From: Angustibacter luteus
Lineage (GTDB): Bacteria; Actinomycetota; Actinomycetes; Actinomycetales; Angustibacteraceae
Direction: 5' to 3'
DNA: 64,000 nucleotides
Assembly: GCF_039541115.1 (NCBI RefSeq)
Contig: NZ_BAABFP010000002.1
Coordinates: 434,001-498,000 of the forward strand
The first letter of the stretch is position 1. The number at the start of each line of letters is the position of its first letter. Under the pieces are notes generated by a model. It worked only from the letters and a program-made list of their open reading frames with translations. It had not been told where the DNA came from and made no database searches. Made by a program: the position numbers and the translations under genes. Positions 1-9,511 of this stretch are shown in pieces.

Positions 1-436
1 GGTGCTGGGCCAGGGCGAGCCGGCGGCCCCGGCGCACGTCGTCGTCGTCGGTGGTGGACGGGCCGAGCCCGAGGTGTCGGGCCAGCACGGCCGCCCACGG
101 TTCCTCGGCGACCGCGTCGACGACCTCGAGCAGCGCCCAGGTGAGGCTGTCGTACCGCCAGGGGTCGTCGTCCGGTTCCAGCCCCAGGGTCGCGGACAGC
201 GCGCCCGCCACCAGCCGGGACGGCGACCCGAACCCGATGTTGGCGCACACGCCGTCCTGCTCGCCGGGTGCGGCGCCGAGGCGGTGGGAGAGCCGTTGGG
301 CGAGCCAGCGCTCCACGCCGCGGGTGGGGACGGCGACGACGTCCGGCGCGAACGGGTCGTCGAGGGGGGTGGCGAGCACACCGGCCAGCGGTTCGACGAG
401 CGCGTCGGCGCGCTCCGAGCGGTGCACGTGCAGCAC
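1..436 (-). CDS. recC: Exodeoxyribonuclease V gamma subunit, N-terminal part (continues beyond window start)
   Basis: Not in the ORF track. The reverse strand reads GTG-LHVHRSERADALVEPLAGVLATPLDDPFAPDVVAVPTRGVERWLAQRLS..GVCANIGF, a typical actinobacterial RecC N-terminus, with a GGAGG RBS upstream. Confidence 0.9.
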   Translation of the reverse strand, partial: MLHVHRSERADALVEPLAGVLATPLDDPFAPDVVAVPTRGVERWLAQRLSHRLGAAPGEQDGVCANIGFGSPSRLVAGALSATLGLEPDDDPWRYDSLTWALLEVVDAVAEEPWAAVLARHLGLGPSTTDDDDVRRGRRLALAQH

Positions 437-525
437 GCAACCCCTCCGTCCTCGCGGTTCGCCACGCATCGTCCAGCCAGAACCCTATGCCGGGGCAGCG
501 ACATCCCGGCCGGCCGCGCGGCTCG

Positions 526-2889
526 CTAGCGGTACGCGGACAGGAACCGGTCGCGGAAGGTGTCCATCGGCCAGACCGGTGCGGACGGGCTCGGCCGCAG
601 GCCCGGCTGCCACCCCCAGGACGCGACCCGGTCCAGCACGGCGGGGTCACGGGCGATGATCGAGACCGGGACGTCGTGCCCGGCCCGCGCGCCGGACACG
701 ATGGATGCCGGCTGGTGGTCGCCCAGCACCACGAGCACCAGGTCGTCGTCGCCCGAGCCGGCCACGAACGAGGTGAGCGCGTCCAGCGAGTAGGCGATCG
801 ACGTCGCGTAGGCCGCCCGGACCTTGGCGACGTCGGGCCACACGTCCCCCGGAGCCTGACCCTGGGCGGGCATGCCGTCGTACACCGACCCGTCACCCAC
901 GGCGTCCGGGTCGACCATCCGTGGCACCGGCGCCCACGGCGTGTGGCTGGACACGAGGTCGATCTCGGCCATCACCGGCGGCCGCGGCCGCCCGGTCAGC
1001 TCGAGGTGCCGGAAGGCCGCGAGCGTGTACTGGTCAGGCATCGAGGCGTAGCTGAACGACGGGCCCCGGTACCCCACGTTGCGGGCGTCGTACAGCTGGT
1101 CGTAGCGGTAGAAGGACCGGCCCGGCGGCCAGTCCTGCCGGTTGGAGGGGACGTCGCTGACCGTCCGCCAGCCGGCCCGGCCGAACGCCTGGCTCAGCGT
1201 GAAGCGGTCGCCCGCGACGAGGTCGTCGTACCTTCGCTGGCTGTCCACCCAGGTCCCCGACTGCAGGGTGGAGTGCGCGAGCCAGCTGATCCCGCCGAAG
1301 GTCGGCGAGGTCAGGAACGCGCTCGCCGAGGCGTACCCGGATGCCTGCAGTCGCTGTGTGCCGGCGTCCAGCGCCCCGACCACCCCGGACGTCGGTCCCG
1401 GACCTTCCAGCGCCGCACGGCCGTAGCTCTCCACGAAGACGAGCAGGACGTCCTTGCCGCGCAGTCCGGTCAGCAGCCGGTCGGCCGGGGTGTCCCGGAA
1501 GGCGTCGACCCTGGCCTCCCGGGCGAACTGCTCGCGGTCGCGCCGGTCGGCGCGGACCAGGCGGACCTGGTCCACGGCCAGCCCGGCCGCGCCGGTCGAA
1601 GCCACCGGGACGCCAGGGGCCGCCTGCAACCCGAGGGCGGCCGCCAGCGTCCAGCCCACGCCGAGCACCGACACGACGGCCGCCGTGCCGGCCCGGCGGC
1701 GCGCGGCCAGGGTGGTGAGACGCAGCACCGACAGCGGCATCAGGACGAGGACCCCGCCGGCCAGGACGAGCGCGGCCACCGCGACGGCGACGCCCTGCGC
1801 GGCGCCGAGCGAGTCGCGCAGCAGGCCCGTCGCCGAGCCCAGGTAGCGCCAGTCCGTCAGCGGGTCGAACGGCCGGCCGACGGCGGTGGTCGAGCCCAGG
1901 TCGAGCAGCTTGAGCACGGTGAGCAGCCCGAGCAGGCCGCCGACGCCCACGGCCATCGCCGCCCGGAGCCGGTCCGGCAGCGCCACGGCGAGCCCGGCGA
2001 CGACGAGGACGTCCAGCGGCAGCCGCAGGTACCCGCCGGCGGCCGAGGGCGCACTGGCCGGCCCGGCCACCGCGAACCACACCAGCACCACGGCTGTCCC
2101 GGTCGCGGCGACCGCGAGGGGCGCGCGGCCCCGGACGCGGCGCGCGACGTCCGGGCTGGGGTCGCGGTGCCGCCACAACCACCACGCCTCGGTGCCGAAC
2201 GACCAGGCCAGCAGCGCGAGCGCCGTCGCCAGCACGACCGACAGCAGCGCGGCGGGCAGCACGCCGGATGCCGCAGCCACGAGCACGATCCCCTGGACGG
2301 CGGCCACCACCTTGCGCCAGGAGCGCGCCGGGGCGCCTGCCCGCAGCCAGGGCATGGCCCAGCTCGCCGCCACGAGCACGTACCGGGCCAAGCCGATCGC
2401 CAGCACCCACCAGCCGGCCACGGGCGCGAGGTAGCCGGCGAGCACCAGGATCAAGAACGCGTCCGCCTCCATGTCGAAGCGGGCGCCGACGGCCGACACC
2501 GTGCCGGTGCGTCGGGCGACCCTGCCGTCCACGGCGTCGAGCGCCAACGCGACCACCGCCAGCCCGACGATCGCGGCCGCCGGCGGCGCCGGCGTCGTCC
2601 GGCTGAACGAGGTCACCACGAGGGCCGCGACCCCGCAGGCGAGCGTGGCCCGCCCCAGCGTCACGGCGTTCGCCGCCCCCAGCCTCGTCCCACTCGCGCC
2701 GATCAGGCCGGCGCGGACCAGGGACCGCACCAGCAGCACGTCCAGCCCCACGAGGCACGTCAGGCCGGCCGCCCAGCCCCCGGCACTCAGCCCGGCCGTC
2801 GCCGCGAGCCCCGCCAGCAGTCCGAGCTGCAGGGCCGGCGCACCGACGACCCTGCCCCGCTGGACCGCTCGCAGGTGAACCACACGCAC
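526..2889 (-). CDS. CDP-alcohol phosphatidyltransferase fused to a membrane region and a C-terminal sulfatase/LtaS-like (alkaline phosphatase superfamily) domain
   Basis: Motif [26 protein letters not shown] (DxxDGxxAR-x8-GxxxDxxxD); many TM helices; C-terminal [24 protein letters not shown] and GDHQP. GTG start at 2889 chosen from its GGAGG RBS. Confidence 0.85.
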   Translation of the reverse strand: MRVVHLRAVQRGRVVGAPALQLGLLAGLAATAGLSAGGWAAGLTCLVGLDVLLVRSLVRAGLIGASGTRLGAANAVTLGRATLACGVAALVVTSFSRTTPAPPAAAIVGLAVVALALDAVDGRVARRTGTVSAVGARFDMEADAFLILVLAGYLAPVAGWWVLAIGLARYVLVAASWAMPWLRAGAPARSWRKVVAAVQGIVLVAAASGVLPAALLSVVLATALALLAWSFGTEAWWLWRHRDPSPDVARRVRGRAPLAVAATGTAVVLVWFAVAGPASAPSAAGGYLRLPLDVLVVAGLAVALPDRLRAAMAVGVGGLLGLLTVLKLLDLGSTTAVGRPFDPLTDWRYLGSATGLLRDSLGAAQGVAVAVAALVLAGGVLVLMPLSVLRLTTLAARRRAGTAAVVSVLGVGWTLAAALGLQAAPGVPVASTGAAGLAVDQVRLVRADRRDREQFAREARVDAFRDTPADRLLTGLRGKDVLLVFVESYGRAALEGPGPTSGVVGALDAGTQRLQASGYASASAFLTSPTFGGISWLAHSTLQSGTWVDSQRRYDDLVAGDRFTLSQAFGRAGWRTVSDVPSNRQDWPPGRSFYRYDQLYDARNVGYRGPSFSYASMPDQYTLAAFRHLELTGRPRPPVMAEIDLVSSHTPWAPVPRMVDPDAVGDGSVYDGMPAQGQAPGDVWPDVAKVRAAYATSIAYSLDALTSFVAGSGDDDLVLVVLGDHQPASIVSGARAGHDVPVSIIARDPAVLDRVASWGWQPGLRPSPSAPVWPMDTFRDRFLSAYR

Positions 2890-2934
2890 CGCGCCTCCGT
2901 GACGTTGCTGTACGACCAGGAAACGGGAGGTTCC

Positions 2935-3939
2935 ATGGTTCGGTTCACCGAGGCGACGGCGTTCTGGGTGAGCGCGCCGGGAGTCGGCGAGCTGCGCGCC
3001 GAGCCGCTGCGAGAGCCGGGCCCGGGCGAGGTGCTGGTCCGGACGCTGCACACCGGTGTCAGTCGCGGCACCGAGTCACTGGTCTTCCGCGGTGGTGTGC
3101 CGACCAGCCAGCACCAGATCATGCGCGCGCCGTTCCAGGACGGCGACTTCCCGGCACCGGTGAAGTACGGCTACCTGAACGTCGGCACCGTCGTCCGCGG
3201 CCCCGGCGAGCTGACCGGCCGCACCGTCTTCTGCCTGTACCCGCACCAGGACGCGTACGTCGTGCCGGCGACCGCGGTCGTCGTGGTGCCGGACGGCGTT
3301 CCCCCGGCCCGCGCGGTGCTGGCCGGGACGGTCGAGACCGCGGTGAACGCGCTCTGGGACTGCGGGCCGCTGCTGGGCGACCGGGTCACCGTGGTCGGCG
3401 CGGGCATGGTGGGCTGCTGCGTGGCGCGGCTGCTCAGCCGGTTCCCGCAGGTCGAGGTGACGTTGGTGGACGTGGACCCGGGCCGCGCGCCCGTCGCGGA
3501 CGCCCTGGGGGTCCGGTTCGCGCTCCCCGGAGAGTCGGACGGCGGCCAGGACCTTGTCGTGCACACCAGCGCGACCTCTGCCGGCCTGCAGACCTCGTTG
3601 GACCTGCTCGCCGCCGAGGCCACCGTGCTGGACCTCAGCTGGTACGGCGACCGTCCGGTGCAGCTGTCCCTGGGCGGGGCGTTCCACTCCGGGCGGCTGG
3701 CGGTCCGGGCCAGCCAGGTCGGAGTGGTCGCGGCGTCCCGGCGAGGGCGGCGGACGACGTCCGACCGGCTGCGGCTGGCGCTGGACCTGCTGCGGGACAC
3801 CGCCTTCGACGCCCTGCTGACCGGCGCCTCGCCCTTCACGGAGCTGCCCGCACTGATGCCCCGACTGGCCGGCGGGGAGCTGAAGGCGTTGTGCCACAGC
3901 ATCACCTACCGCGAGGGGGAGGTCGCATGTTCAGCGTGA
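2935..3939 (+). CDS. Zinc-binding alcohol dehydrogenase / MDR family oxidoreductase
   Basis: GVSRGTE, GYLNVG and Rossmann [17 protein letters not shown] before ATG 2935 (C-terminal part of track ORF 268..3939). Confidence 0.85.
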   Translation: MVRFTEATAFWVSAPGVGELRAEPLREPGPGEVLVRTLHTGVSRGTESLVFRGGVPTSQHQIMRAPFQDGDFPAPVKYGYLNVGTVVRGPGELTGRTVFCLYPHQDAYVVPATAVVVVPDGVPPARAVLAGTVETAVNALWDCGPLLGDRVTVVGAGMVGCCVARLLSRFPQVEVTLVDVDPGRAPVADALGVRFALPGESDGGQDLVVHTSATSAGLQTSLDLLAAEATVLDLSWYGDRPVQLSLGGAFHSGRLAVRASQVGVVAASRRGRRTTSDRLRLALDLLRDTAFDALLTGASPFTELPALMPRLAGGELKALCHSITYREGEVACSA

Positions 3940-4325
3940 CCGTCCGCGACCACATGATGGTCGCGCACAGCTTCACCGGCGAGGTCTTCGGCCCGGCGCA
4001 ACGCCTGCACGGCGCGACGTTCGTCGTTGACGCGACGTTCCGCGGGGCAACGCTGGACGCCGACGGCATCGTCGTCGACATCGGGCGGGCCGCGCAGTCG
4101 CTGCACTCGGTGCTGGAGCAGCTGACCTACCGGAACCTGGACGACGAGCCGGACTTCACCGGCGTGAACACCTCGACCGAGGTGCTGGCCCAGGCAGTCG
4201 CCGACCGGCTCGCCCAGCGCGTGCACGCCGGCGAGCTGGGCGAGGCGGCCCGCGACCTGGCGGGGATCACCGTCACGCTGCACGAGTCGCACGTGGCCTG
4301 GGCGAGCTATGAGCGGGCGCTGTGA
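3927..4325 (+). CDS. 6-pyruvoyl-tetrahydropterin synthase/QueD family (COG0720) protein, non-canonical type
   Basis: [41 protein letters not shown]-fold PTPS signature without the CxxxHGH cysteine. Confidence 0.88.
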   Translation: MFSVTVRDHMMVAHSFTGEVFGPAQRLHGATFVVDATFRGATLDADGIVVDIGRAAQSLHSVLEQLTYRNLDDEPDFTGVNTSTEVLAQAVADRLAQRVHAGELGEAARDLAGITVTLHESHVAWASYERAL

Positions 4326-5374
4326 GGACGGTGCACGTCGTCGTCCCCGACGGCCTTGACGACCCCGCCGAGCCGAGCGGTGGCAACCGCTACGACCGCC
4401 GGGTGTGCCAGGGACTGGCGGCGACCGGCTGGTCCGTGGTCGAGTGCCCGGTCGCCGCCCCGGCTGCGCTGAGCGGCCGGCTCGCTGCCATCCCGGACGG
4501 CGGCCTCGTGCTCGTCGACGGCCTGATCGGCAGCACCGCGGCGGACTCCGTTCTGGCAGCGGCGAACCGGCTCCGACTGGTGCTCCTCGTACACCTGCCG
4601 CTGGGGGTCGACCCAACCGCTCCCCCGGACGTCCGGACCGGCGAGTGCGCAGCACTCGCCGCGGCCACCGCGGTCGTGGCGACCAGCGAGTGGACCCGCG
4701 CCTGGCTGGTGCGCGAGTACGCCCTGGACCCTGGCCAGGTGCGGGTGGCCAGGCCCGGCGTCGATCCCGCCGAACGCGCACCCGGGACGCCGGGCGGCGG
4801 CCACCTGCTCTGCGTCGGGGCGGTGACCCCCGGCAAGGGCCTCGACGTCCTGGTCGAGGCCCTCGACGGGATCGTCGACCTCAGCTGGCAGTGCACGGTC
4901 GCCGGCAGTCTGACCCGGGACCCGGCGTTCGCCGCGCGCGTCCGGCGCCGGGCCCAGGGGGACGGCAGCGAGGGACGGGTGACGTGGGCCGGGCCACTGG
5001 ACGACGCCGGGCTCGTCACCGCCTACGCCGCAGCGGACCTGCTGGTCGTCGCCTCGCGCGCAGAGACCTACGGCATGGTCGTCACGGAAGCGCTGTCTCG
5101 CGCCCTGCCCGTGGTCGCGACGGACGTCGGGGGTCTGCCCGACACCCTCGGCCACGCGGCCGACGGTGCACGGCCCGGCGTGCTCGTCCCGCCCGACGAC
5201 CCCGGCGCCCTCGCGCGAGCCCTGCGGCAGTGGCTCACCGAGCCACGACTGCGCGACCAGCTGCGGCTCAACGCCCTCGACCGGCGCACCCGGCTGACCG
5301 GCTGGGACGACACCACCGACGAGATCACCCGCCTGCTTCTCTCGGTCGGCCGTTCCGAGCGGGTCCTGCGATGA
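4322..5374 (+). CDS. Glycosyltransferase family 4 (GT-B)
   Basis: PSGGNRYD N-terminus, VGAVTPGKG and [10 protein letters not shown] (ExFGxxxxEA); overlaps the previous stop (GTGA). Confidence 0.9.
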   Translation: MRTVHVVVPDGLDDPAEPSGGNRYDRRVCQGLAATGWSVVECPVAAPAALSGRLAAIPDGGLVLVDGLIGSTAADSVLAAANRLRLVLLVHLPLGVDPTAPPDVRTGECAALAAATAVVATSEWTRAWLVREYALDPGQVRVARPGVDPAERAPGTPGGGHLLCVGAVTPGKGLDVLVEALDGIVDLSWQCTVAGSLTRDPAFAARVRRRAQGDGSEGRVTWAGPLDDAGLVTAYAAADLLVVASRAETYGMVVTEALSRALPVVATDVGGLPDTLGHAADGARPGVLVPPDDPGALARALRQWLTEPRLRDQLRLNALDRRTRLTGWDDTTDEITRLLLSVGRSERVLR

Positions 5375-6267
5375 GCCGCACCGCTGGGCGGTGGCTGCGG
5401 GTAGCCGGCGGCGCGGCGATCCTCGCCGCCCTCCTCTGGCAGGTCGGCGCCGGCCCGTTCGTCGACGGCCTGCGAACCGTGGACGCGCGAGCACTGGCCG
5501 TCGCCCTCGCGATCGGCGCGATCACCACGGCGTGCTGCGCCTGGCGGTGGACGCTGGTCGCCCACGGGCACGGCATCCACGTGCCCTTCCGCGCCGCGGC
5601 CCCGGCCTACTACCGCTCGCAGTTCCTCAACGCGACGCTGCCCGGGGGTGTCCTCGGCGACGTGGAACGCGCCGTCCGGCACGGGCGGGCGGTGGCGGCC
5701 ATCGGGCGCAGCACCCGTGCCGTGGTGTGGGAACGCACTGCCGGGCAAGGTGTCCAGCTCGCCCTGGCGGTCGGCGTCCTGCTCCTGGCTCCGTCGGTCC
5801 TGCGACCGCACGTCCCGGTCCCGGCCCGCGGGCTCGCGGTGGGGGCGGCCGTCGTCCTGGCCCTCGCGGTGTGCGCCGCAGCCACCCGAACGCGGGCCGC
5901 CCGGGCGGCCGCTGTCGTGGCCCTCACCTCCACCGTGGCGGTCGGCGGTCACGTGGCGGTGTTCCTGGTCGCGGCCCGCACCGCGGGCTCGCAGGCGCCG
6001 GTGAGCCAGCTGCTGCCGCTCGCCCTGGTGGTGCTGGTCGCCATGGGCATCCCGCTCAACGTCGCCGGGTGGGGCCCGCGCGAGGGGGTTGCCGCCTGGG
6101 CGTTCGCCGCCGCCGGACTCGGTGCGGCACAAGGGATCTCGACGGCCGTGGTGTACGGCGTGATGGCCCTCGTCGCCAGCCTGCCGGGCCTGCTGGTGCT
6201 GCTCGTCGACGGCCTGCGGGGCCGGGCCGCCGCTCTTCCCAGCCTGCCGGAGGCGGTCCATGGCTGA
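5371..6267 (+). CDS. Lysylphosphatidylglycerol synthase TM-domain / flippase-like membrane protein
   Basis: AWRW, YYRSQFLNATLPGGVLGDVER, WER and PLNVAGWGPRE motifs; highly hydrophobic; ATGA overlap with GT4. Confidence 0.82.
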   Translation: MSRTAGRWLRVAGGAAILAALLWQVGAGPFVDGLRTVDARALAVALAIGAITTACCAWRWTLVAHGHGIHVPFRAAAPAYYRSQFLNATLPGGVLGDVERAVRHGRAVAAIGRSTRAVVWERTAGQGVQLALAVGVLLLAPSVLRPHVPVPARGLAVGAAVVLALAVCAAATRTRAARAAAVVALTSTVAVGGHVAVFLVAARTAGSQAPVSQLLPLALVVLVAMGIPLNVAGWGPREGVAAWAFAAAGLGAAQGISTAVVYGVMALVASLPGLLVLLVDGLRGRAAALPSLPEAVHG

Positions 6268-6952
6268 GCGTCCGTACACGGTGCTGAGCTGCGGCATGTC
6301 GGTCGACGGCTACCTCGACGACGCCACGGGTGAACGCCTGGTGCTGTCCAACGACGCGGACCTGGACCGGGTCGACGAGGTGCGGGCCGGCTGCGACGCG
6401 ATCCTGGTCGGCGCCGCCACCCTGCGCACGGACGACCCACGACTGCTGGTGCGCAACGCCTCTCGGCGCGCGGGCAGGGTCGCGCGAGGCCTGCCCGCGT
6501 CGCCCACCAAGGTGACGGTGTCCCGCGGCGGGCAGCTCGACCCGTGCCGGGCCTTCTTCCGCCTCGGGGACACCGAGAAGCTCGTCTACTGCGCGAGCCA
6601 GGGCCTCGCCCTGGCGCACGACCGGGTCGGGCCCGTCGCGACGGTGGTGGACGCCGGTTCGCCGGTGGACCTGGCCTGGGTGAGCCAGGACCTGCACGCC
6701 CGTGGCGTCCGGCGGCTGCTCGTCGAGGGCGGCGGCACCGTACACACCCAGTTCCTCACCGGCGACCTGGCGGACGAGCTGCAGCTCGTCGTCGCGCCCC
6801 TGTTCGTCGGCGACTCGCGCGCGCACCGGTTCGTCGGTGACGGGAAGTTCCCCTGGCACCGCGACCGCCGGGCCGCGCTGGCCGACGTGCGGCGCATCGG
6901 GGACGTCGTGATGCTGCGGTACGCGCTCTCCGACCGCTTCGAGCTGGACTGA
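6260..6952 (+). CDS. RibD C-terminal (pyrimidine reductase / DHFR-like) protein
   Basis: SCGMSVDGY, DAILVGAATLRTDDPRL and LLVEGGG; no deaminase domain. Confidence 0.88.
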   Translation: MAERPYTVLSCGMSVDGYLDDATGERLVLSNDADLDRVDEVRAGCDAILVGAATLRTDDPRLLVRNASRRAGRVARGLPASPTKVTVSRGGQLDPCRAFFRLGDTEKLVYCASQGLALAHDRVGPVATVVDAGSPVDLAWVSQDLHARGVRRLLVEGGGTVHTQFLTGDLADELQLVVAPLFVGDSRAHRFVGDGKFPWHRDRRAALADVRRIGDVVMLRYALSDRFELD

Positions 6953-6961
6953 GGAGGTCCC

Positions 6962-7582
6962 GTGCCCCAACTCCTACCGGTCGCGACCATCCGCACCGAG
7001 GTGACGATGCCGCTGCGCTTCGCGGACGGGTACGCGACGTCCGCGCGGGTCCTCACCTTCGACGGGCTGGTCGACGAGCGCGAGCACCTGGCCATCGGAC
7101 TCGGCGACCACCGCCGGCCGCGACCGCTGGTCCGCCCGCACAGCGAGTGCCTGACCGGGGACGTGCTCGGCAGCCAGCGCTGCGACTGCGGACCCCAGCT
7201 GCGCGAGGCGGCGGAGCGGATCGCGGACGTCGGTGGTTACCTGCTGTACCTGCGCCAGGAAGGTCGCGGTATCGGCCTCTACGCCAAGCTCGACGCCTAC
7301 TCGTTGCAGGACGCCGGGCTGGACACGTTCGAGGCGAACCTGGCGCTCGGGCACGCCGAGGACGAGCGGGACTACGCCGCCGCGGCCCAGATGCTCGTCG
7401 CGCTCGGCGCCACCCAGGTGGCGCTGCTGACCAACAACCCCGACAAGGTGGACCAGCTGCGCGGCCTGGGCATCGAGGTCACCGACTGGGTGCCGACGGG
7501 CGTGCACCTGTCCGCGGCCAACGCCGGCTACCTGAGCGCCAAGGTCGGCCGAGCGCACACCCTCACGCTGCCGCTCGGCTGA
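6962..7582 (+). CDS. ribA: GTP cyclohydrolase II (probable ribA paralog)
   Basis: RPHSECLTGDVLGSQRCDCG zinc ligands, YLRQEGRGIGL, DERDY and LLTNNPDK; GAGGAGG RBS. Confidence 0.92.
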   Translation: MPQLLPVATIRTEVTMPLRFADGYATSARVLTFDGLVDEREHLAIGLGDHRRPRPLVRPHSECLTGDVLGSQRCDCGPQLREAAERIADVGGYLLYLRQEGRGIGLYAKLDAYSLQDAGLDTFEANLALGHAEDERDYAAAAQMLVALGATQVALLTNNPDKVDQLRGLGIEVTDWVPTGVHLSAANAGYLSAKVGRAHTLTLPLG

Positions 7583-7602
7583 CGCAGCGGACCGCCGTGC
7601 TG

Positions 7603-7878
7603 TCAGTCCTCGGCGAACCGGGCGTCCAGCACCGTCCGGCGGCCGGCGGCCGCATCGATCGACACGGCCTCGACCCATCGGGCCGGCTGCTCCGGCAACC
7701 CGTCGTCGGCGATGGCGGCGACGAGCCGTTGCTGCACCTCGTGCGCGGACCGGCCCGGGCTGTACCGCGCAAGGTCGTCCACGATCGCCTGCAGGCGTTC
7801 CTTGGCGCGCAGGGTCTCCGCCTGCGTGTCGTCCTCCGCGAGCGACTGGTCCGGGACTTCGGGATCGGGTGAGGTCAT
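7603..7878 (-). CDS. Small hypothetical protein (91 aa)
   Basis: MTSPDPEV..LPEQPARWVEAV; GC3-biased; fills the gap convergent to ribA; possibly leaderless (CACCCT-5nt-ATG). Confidence 0.55.
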   Translation of the reverse strand: MTSPDPEVPDQSLAEDDTQAETLRAKERLQAIVDDLARYSPGRSAHEVQQRLVAAIADDGLPEQPARWVEAVSIDAAAGRRTVLDARFAED

Positions 7879-7962
7879 GCCCCCAGGGTGCGCCTGTCCG
7901 GCCGTCACCGCCCGGCGAGCGCCCTGTGGCGCCATCCCGTTCCTGCGTCGAGACTGGGCAGC

Positions 7963-8352
7963 ATGGACGACGCGAGCGTGGCAGCCGTCGGCAAGCTCAC
8001 CGAGGCGCTCGAGACCGTGGAGCGGGCCCGCGGGCACCTCTACTCGTTCCACCAGCTCACCGGGAGTGCGGACGCCACCCTCCAGGAGGCCGTCGCCGGG
8101 CTGCGGGACGCCGGGCACACGGACCTGGCGGACGCCCTGGAGCAGGACCTCGTGGGCCGCAACGTGTTGCAGGGACGGTGGACCTACCAGGTCGTCGAGG
8201 AGTACGACGACGGGTACTGGTCGGTCTTCCGCGAGCACGAGCAGCGCGTGCGGGACGCCCTGCTCGACGGACGGCGGCACCTGTACGAAGCCTCCATGAA
8301 GGACCGCGAGCGGACGCACGGCCGTCCCGGTCACGCGGCGGTGCCGGACTGA
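7963..8352 (+). CDS. Conserved actinobacterial hypothetical helical protein
   Basis: VGKLTEALETVERARGHLYSFHQLTG..GRNVLQGRWTYQVVEEYDDGY; strong codon bias. Confidence 0.75.
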   Translation: MDDASVAAVGKLTEALETVERARGHLYSFHQLTGSADATLQEAVAGLRDAGHTDLADALEQDLVGRNVLQGRWTYQVVEEYDDGYWSVFREHEQRVRDALLDGRRHLYEASMKDRERTHGRPGHAAVPD

Positions 8353-8398
8353 GCGGTCCCGCTGGTCTCGCTCCTGGGGGCCTGCACGACCCCCCGCG

Positions 8399-8439
8399 CA
8401 CCCTCCTCAGCCGCACCCGCAGGGGCGGTGAGGAGGGTG
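8399..8439. terminator. Hairpin between convergent genes
   Basis: Inverted repeat CACCCTCCTCA..TGAGGAGGGTG. Confidence 0.6.
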
Positions 8440-8480
8440 GCGACCAGGGCAGGAGGTCGCGCGCTGGGTCTTCTGCGTGC

Positions 8481-9074
8481 CTAGTGCTGGCGCTGGACGT
8501 CCTGCACGGCACCCTGCGCGTCGCTGCGGACGTCCTGCGCGGCCGCGGCACCGTCGTCCTTCACGGTCTGCGCGGCCTCGGTCGCGGTGTCCTTGACCGA
8601 CTGCGCCGCCTGCTGCGCCGGCTCCTTCAGGTGCTGCGCGGAGTCCTTCGCGACCGAGGTGATCTCGTCCGTGAGCGGCTCGACCTTCTCCTTCGCCGCG
8701 GCCGCGACCTGCGCCTCGACGTCGGTCGCCGGCAGCAGGGATGCGACGAGCGCACCCACGCCGAACGCGATCAGGCCGGCCGCCAGCGGGTTGCCCCGCG
8801 TGCGTGACCTCACGGCCGTCGGAGCGTCACTGGCGGCTCCGCCGACGGCGCTACCCACGGTGCTGCCCAGGCTGCCGACGCTGTCGCCGGCCGAGGAGGC
8901 GCTGCCCATCACGGTGTCCTTGATGCTGGACGCGCGGCCGGTCACCTTCTCGACCTGACGGCGGGCGACGTTCTTCGGGCTGACCTCGTCGGTCAGCCGG
9001 TCGACGTTCGCGCTCAGACCAGCGCGGGTCCGCTCGATCTCGGCGCGGATCTGGTCCGGGTCGTTGCTGCTCAT
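8481..9074 (-). CDS. DUF3618-domain protein
   Basis: DPDQIRAEIERTRAGLSANVDRL..VSPKNV N-terminus and GNPLAAGLIAFG TM segment. Confidence 0.85.
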   Translation of the reverse strand: MSSNDPDQIRAEIERTRAGLSANVDRLTDEVSPKNVARRQVEKVTGRASSIKDTVMGSASSAGDSVGSLGSTVGSAVGGAASDAPTAVRSRTRGNPLAAGLIAFGVGALVASLLPATDVEAQVAAAAKEKVEPLTDEITSVAKDSAQHLKEPAQQAAQSVKDTATEAAQTVKDDGAAAAQDVRSDAQGAVQDVQRQH

Positions 9075-9511
9075 CGGTTCTGCTCCTCATGTCCTTTGAC
9101 TGCCGGGGGGATCTTCTTGACCGTCTCCGCCGTGCGGTCCAGGCCACGGATGGAGGTCAGCTCCTTCTTGCCGAGCAGGGCGAGTACCGCTGCGATGACG
9201 GCCCAGATGGCCATCACGATCAACGCGGACCAGCCGCGCCCCGTGCCGTTGCCGATCGCCCACCACGCAGCGACCGAGAGGAACAGCAGGGCGAAGTGGC
9301 CGGCCGTGGCAGCGCCGGCGAACATGCCTGCACCCTTGCCCGCCTTGGTGGCGGACTCGCGGGCCTCCGCCTTCGCCAGCGCCAGCTCCTGACGGACGAG
9401 CTCGGACAGGTCGCGGCTGACGTCGCCGAGCAGCTCACCGATCGACGGGCGCTCGCTGGTCGCCGTGCCGTCTACCGGCACGGTGCCCTCGGCCGTCGGC
9501 GTGGCGGTCAC
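9071..9511 (-). CDS. Holin-X / phage-holin-like family membrane protein (DUF1469)
   Basis: SIGELLGDVSRDLSELVRQELALAKAE followed by 2 TM helices; 4-nt overlaps with both neighbours. Confidence 0.85.
   Translation of the reverse strand: MTATPTAEGTVPVDGTATSERPSIGELLGDVSRDLSELVRQELALAKAEARESATKAGKGAGMFAGAATAGHFALLFLSVAAWWAIGNGTGRGWSALIVMAIWAVIAAVLALLGKKELTSIRGLDRTAETVKKIPPAVKGHEEQNR

Noticed and set aside
268..2934. N-terminal ~890 aa of track ORF 268..3939 (1223 aa)
   Set aside because: Antisense shadow of the minus-strand fusion gene; the real gene starts at ATG 2935 with its own RBS.
6260..7582. Housekeeping riboflavin operon
   Set aside because: No deaminase domain, ribB, ribE or ribH, and no recognisable FMN riboswitch.
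9071..9511. Holin-like gene as evidence of a prophage
   Set aside because: No integrase, terminase, capsid or endolysin nearby; this family commonly sits with DUF3618 in chromosomal stress operons.
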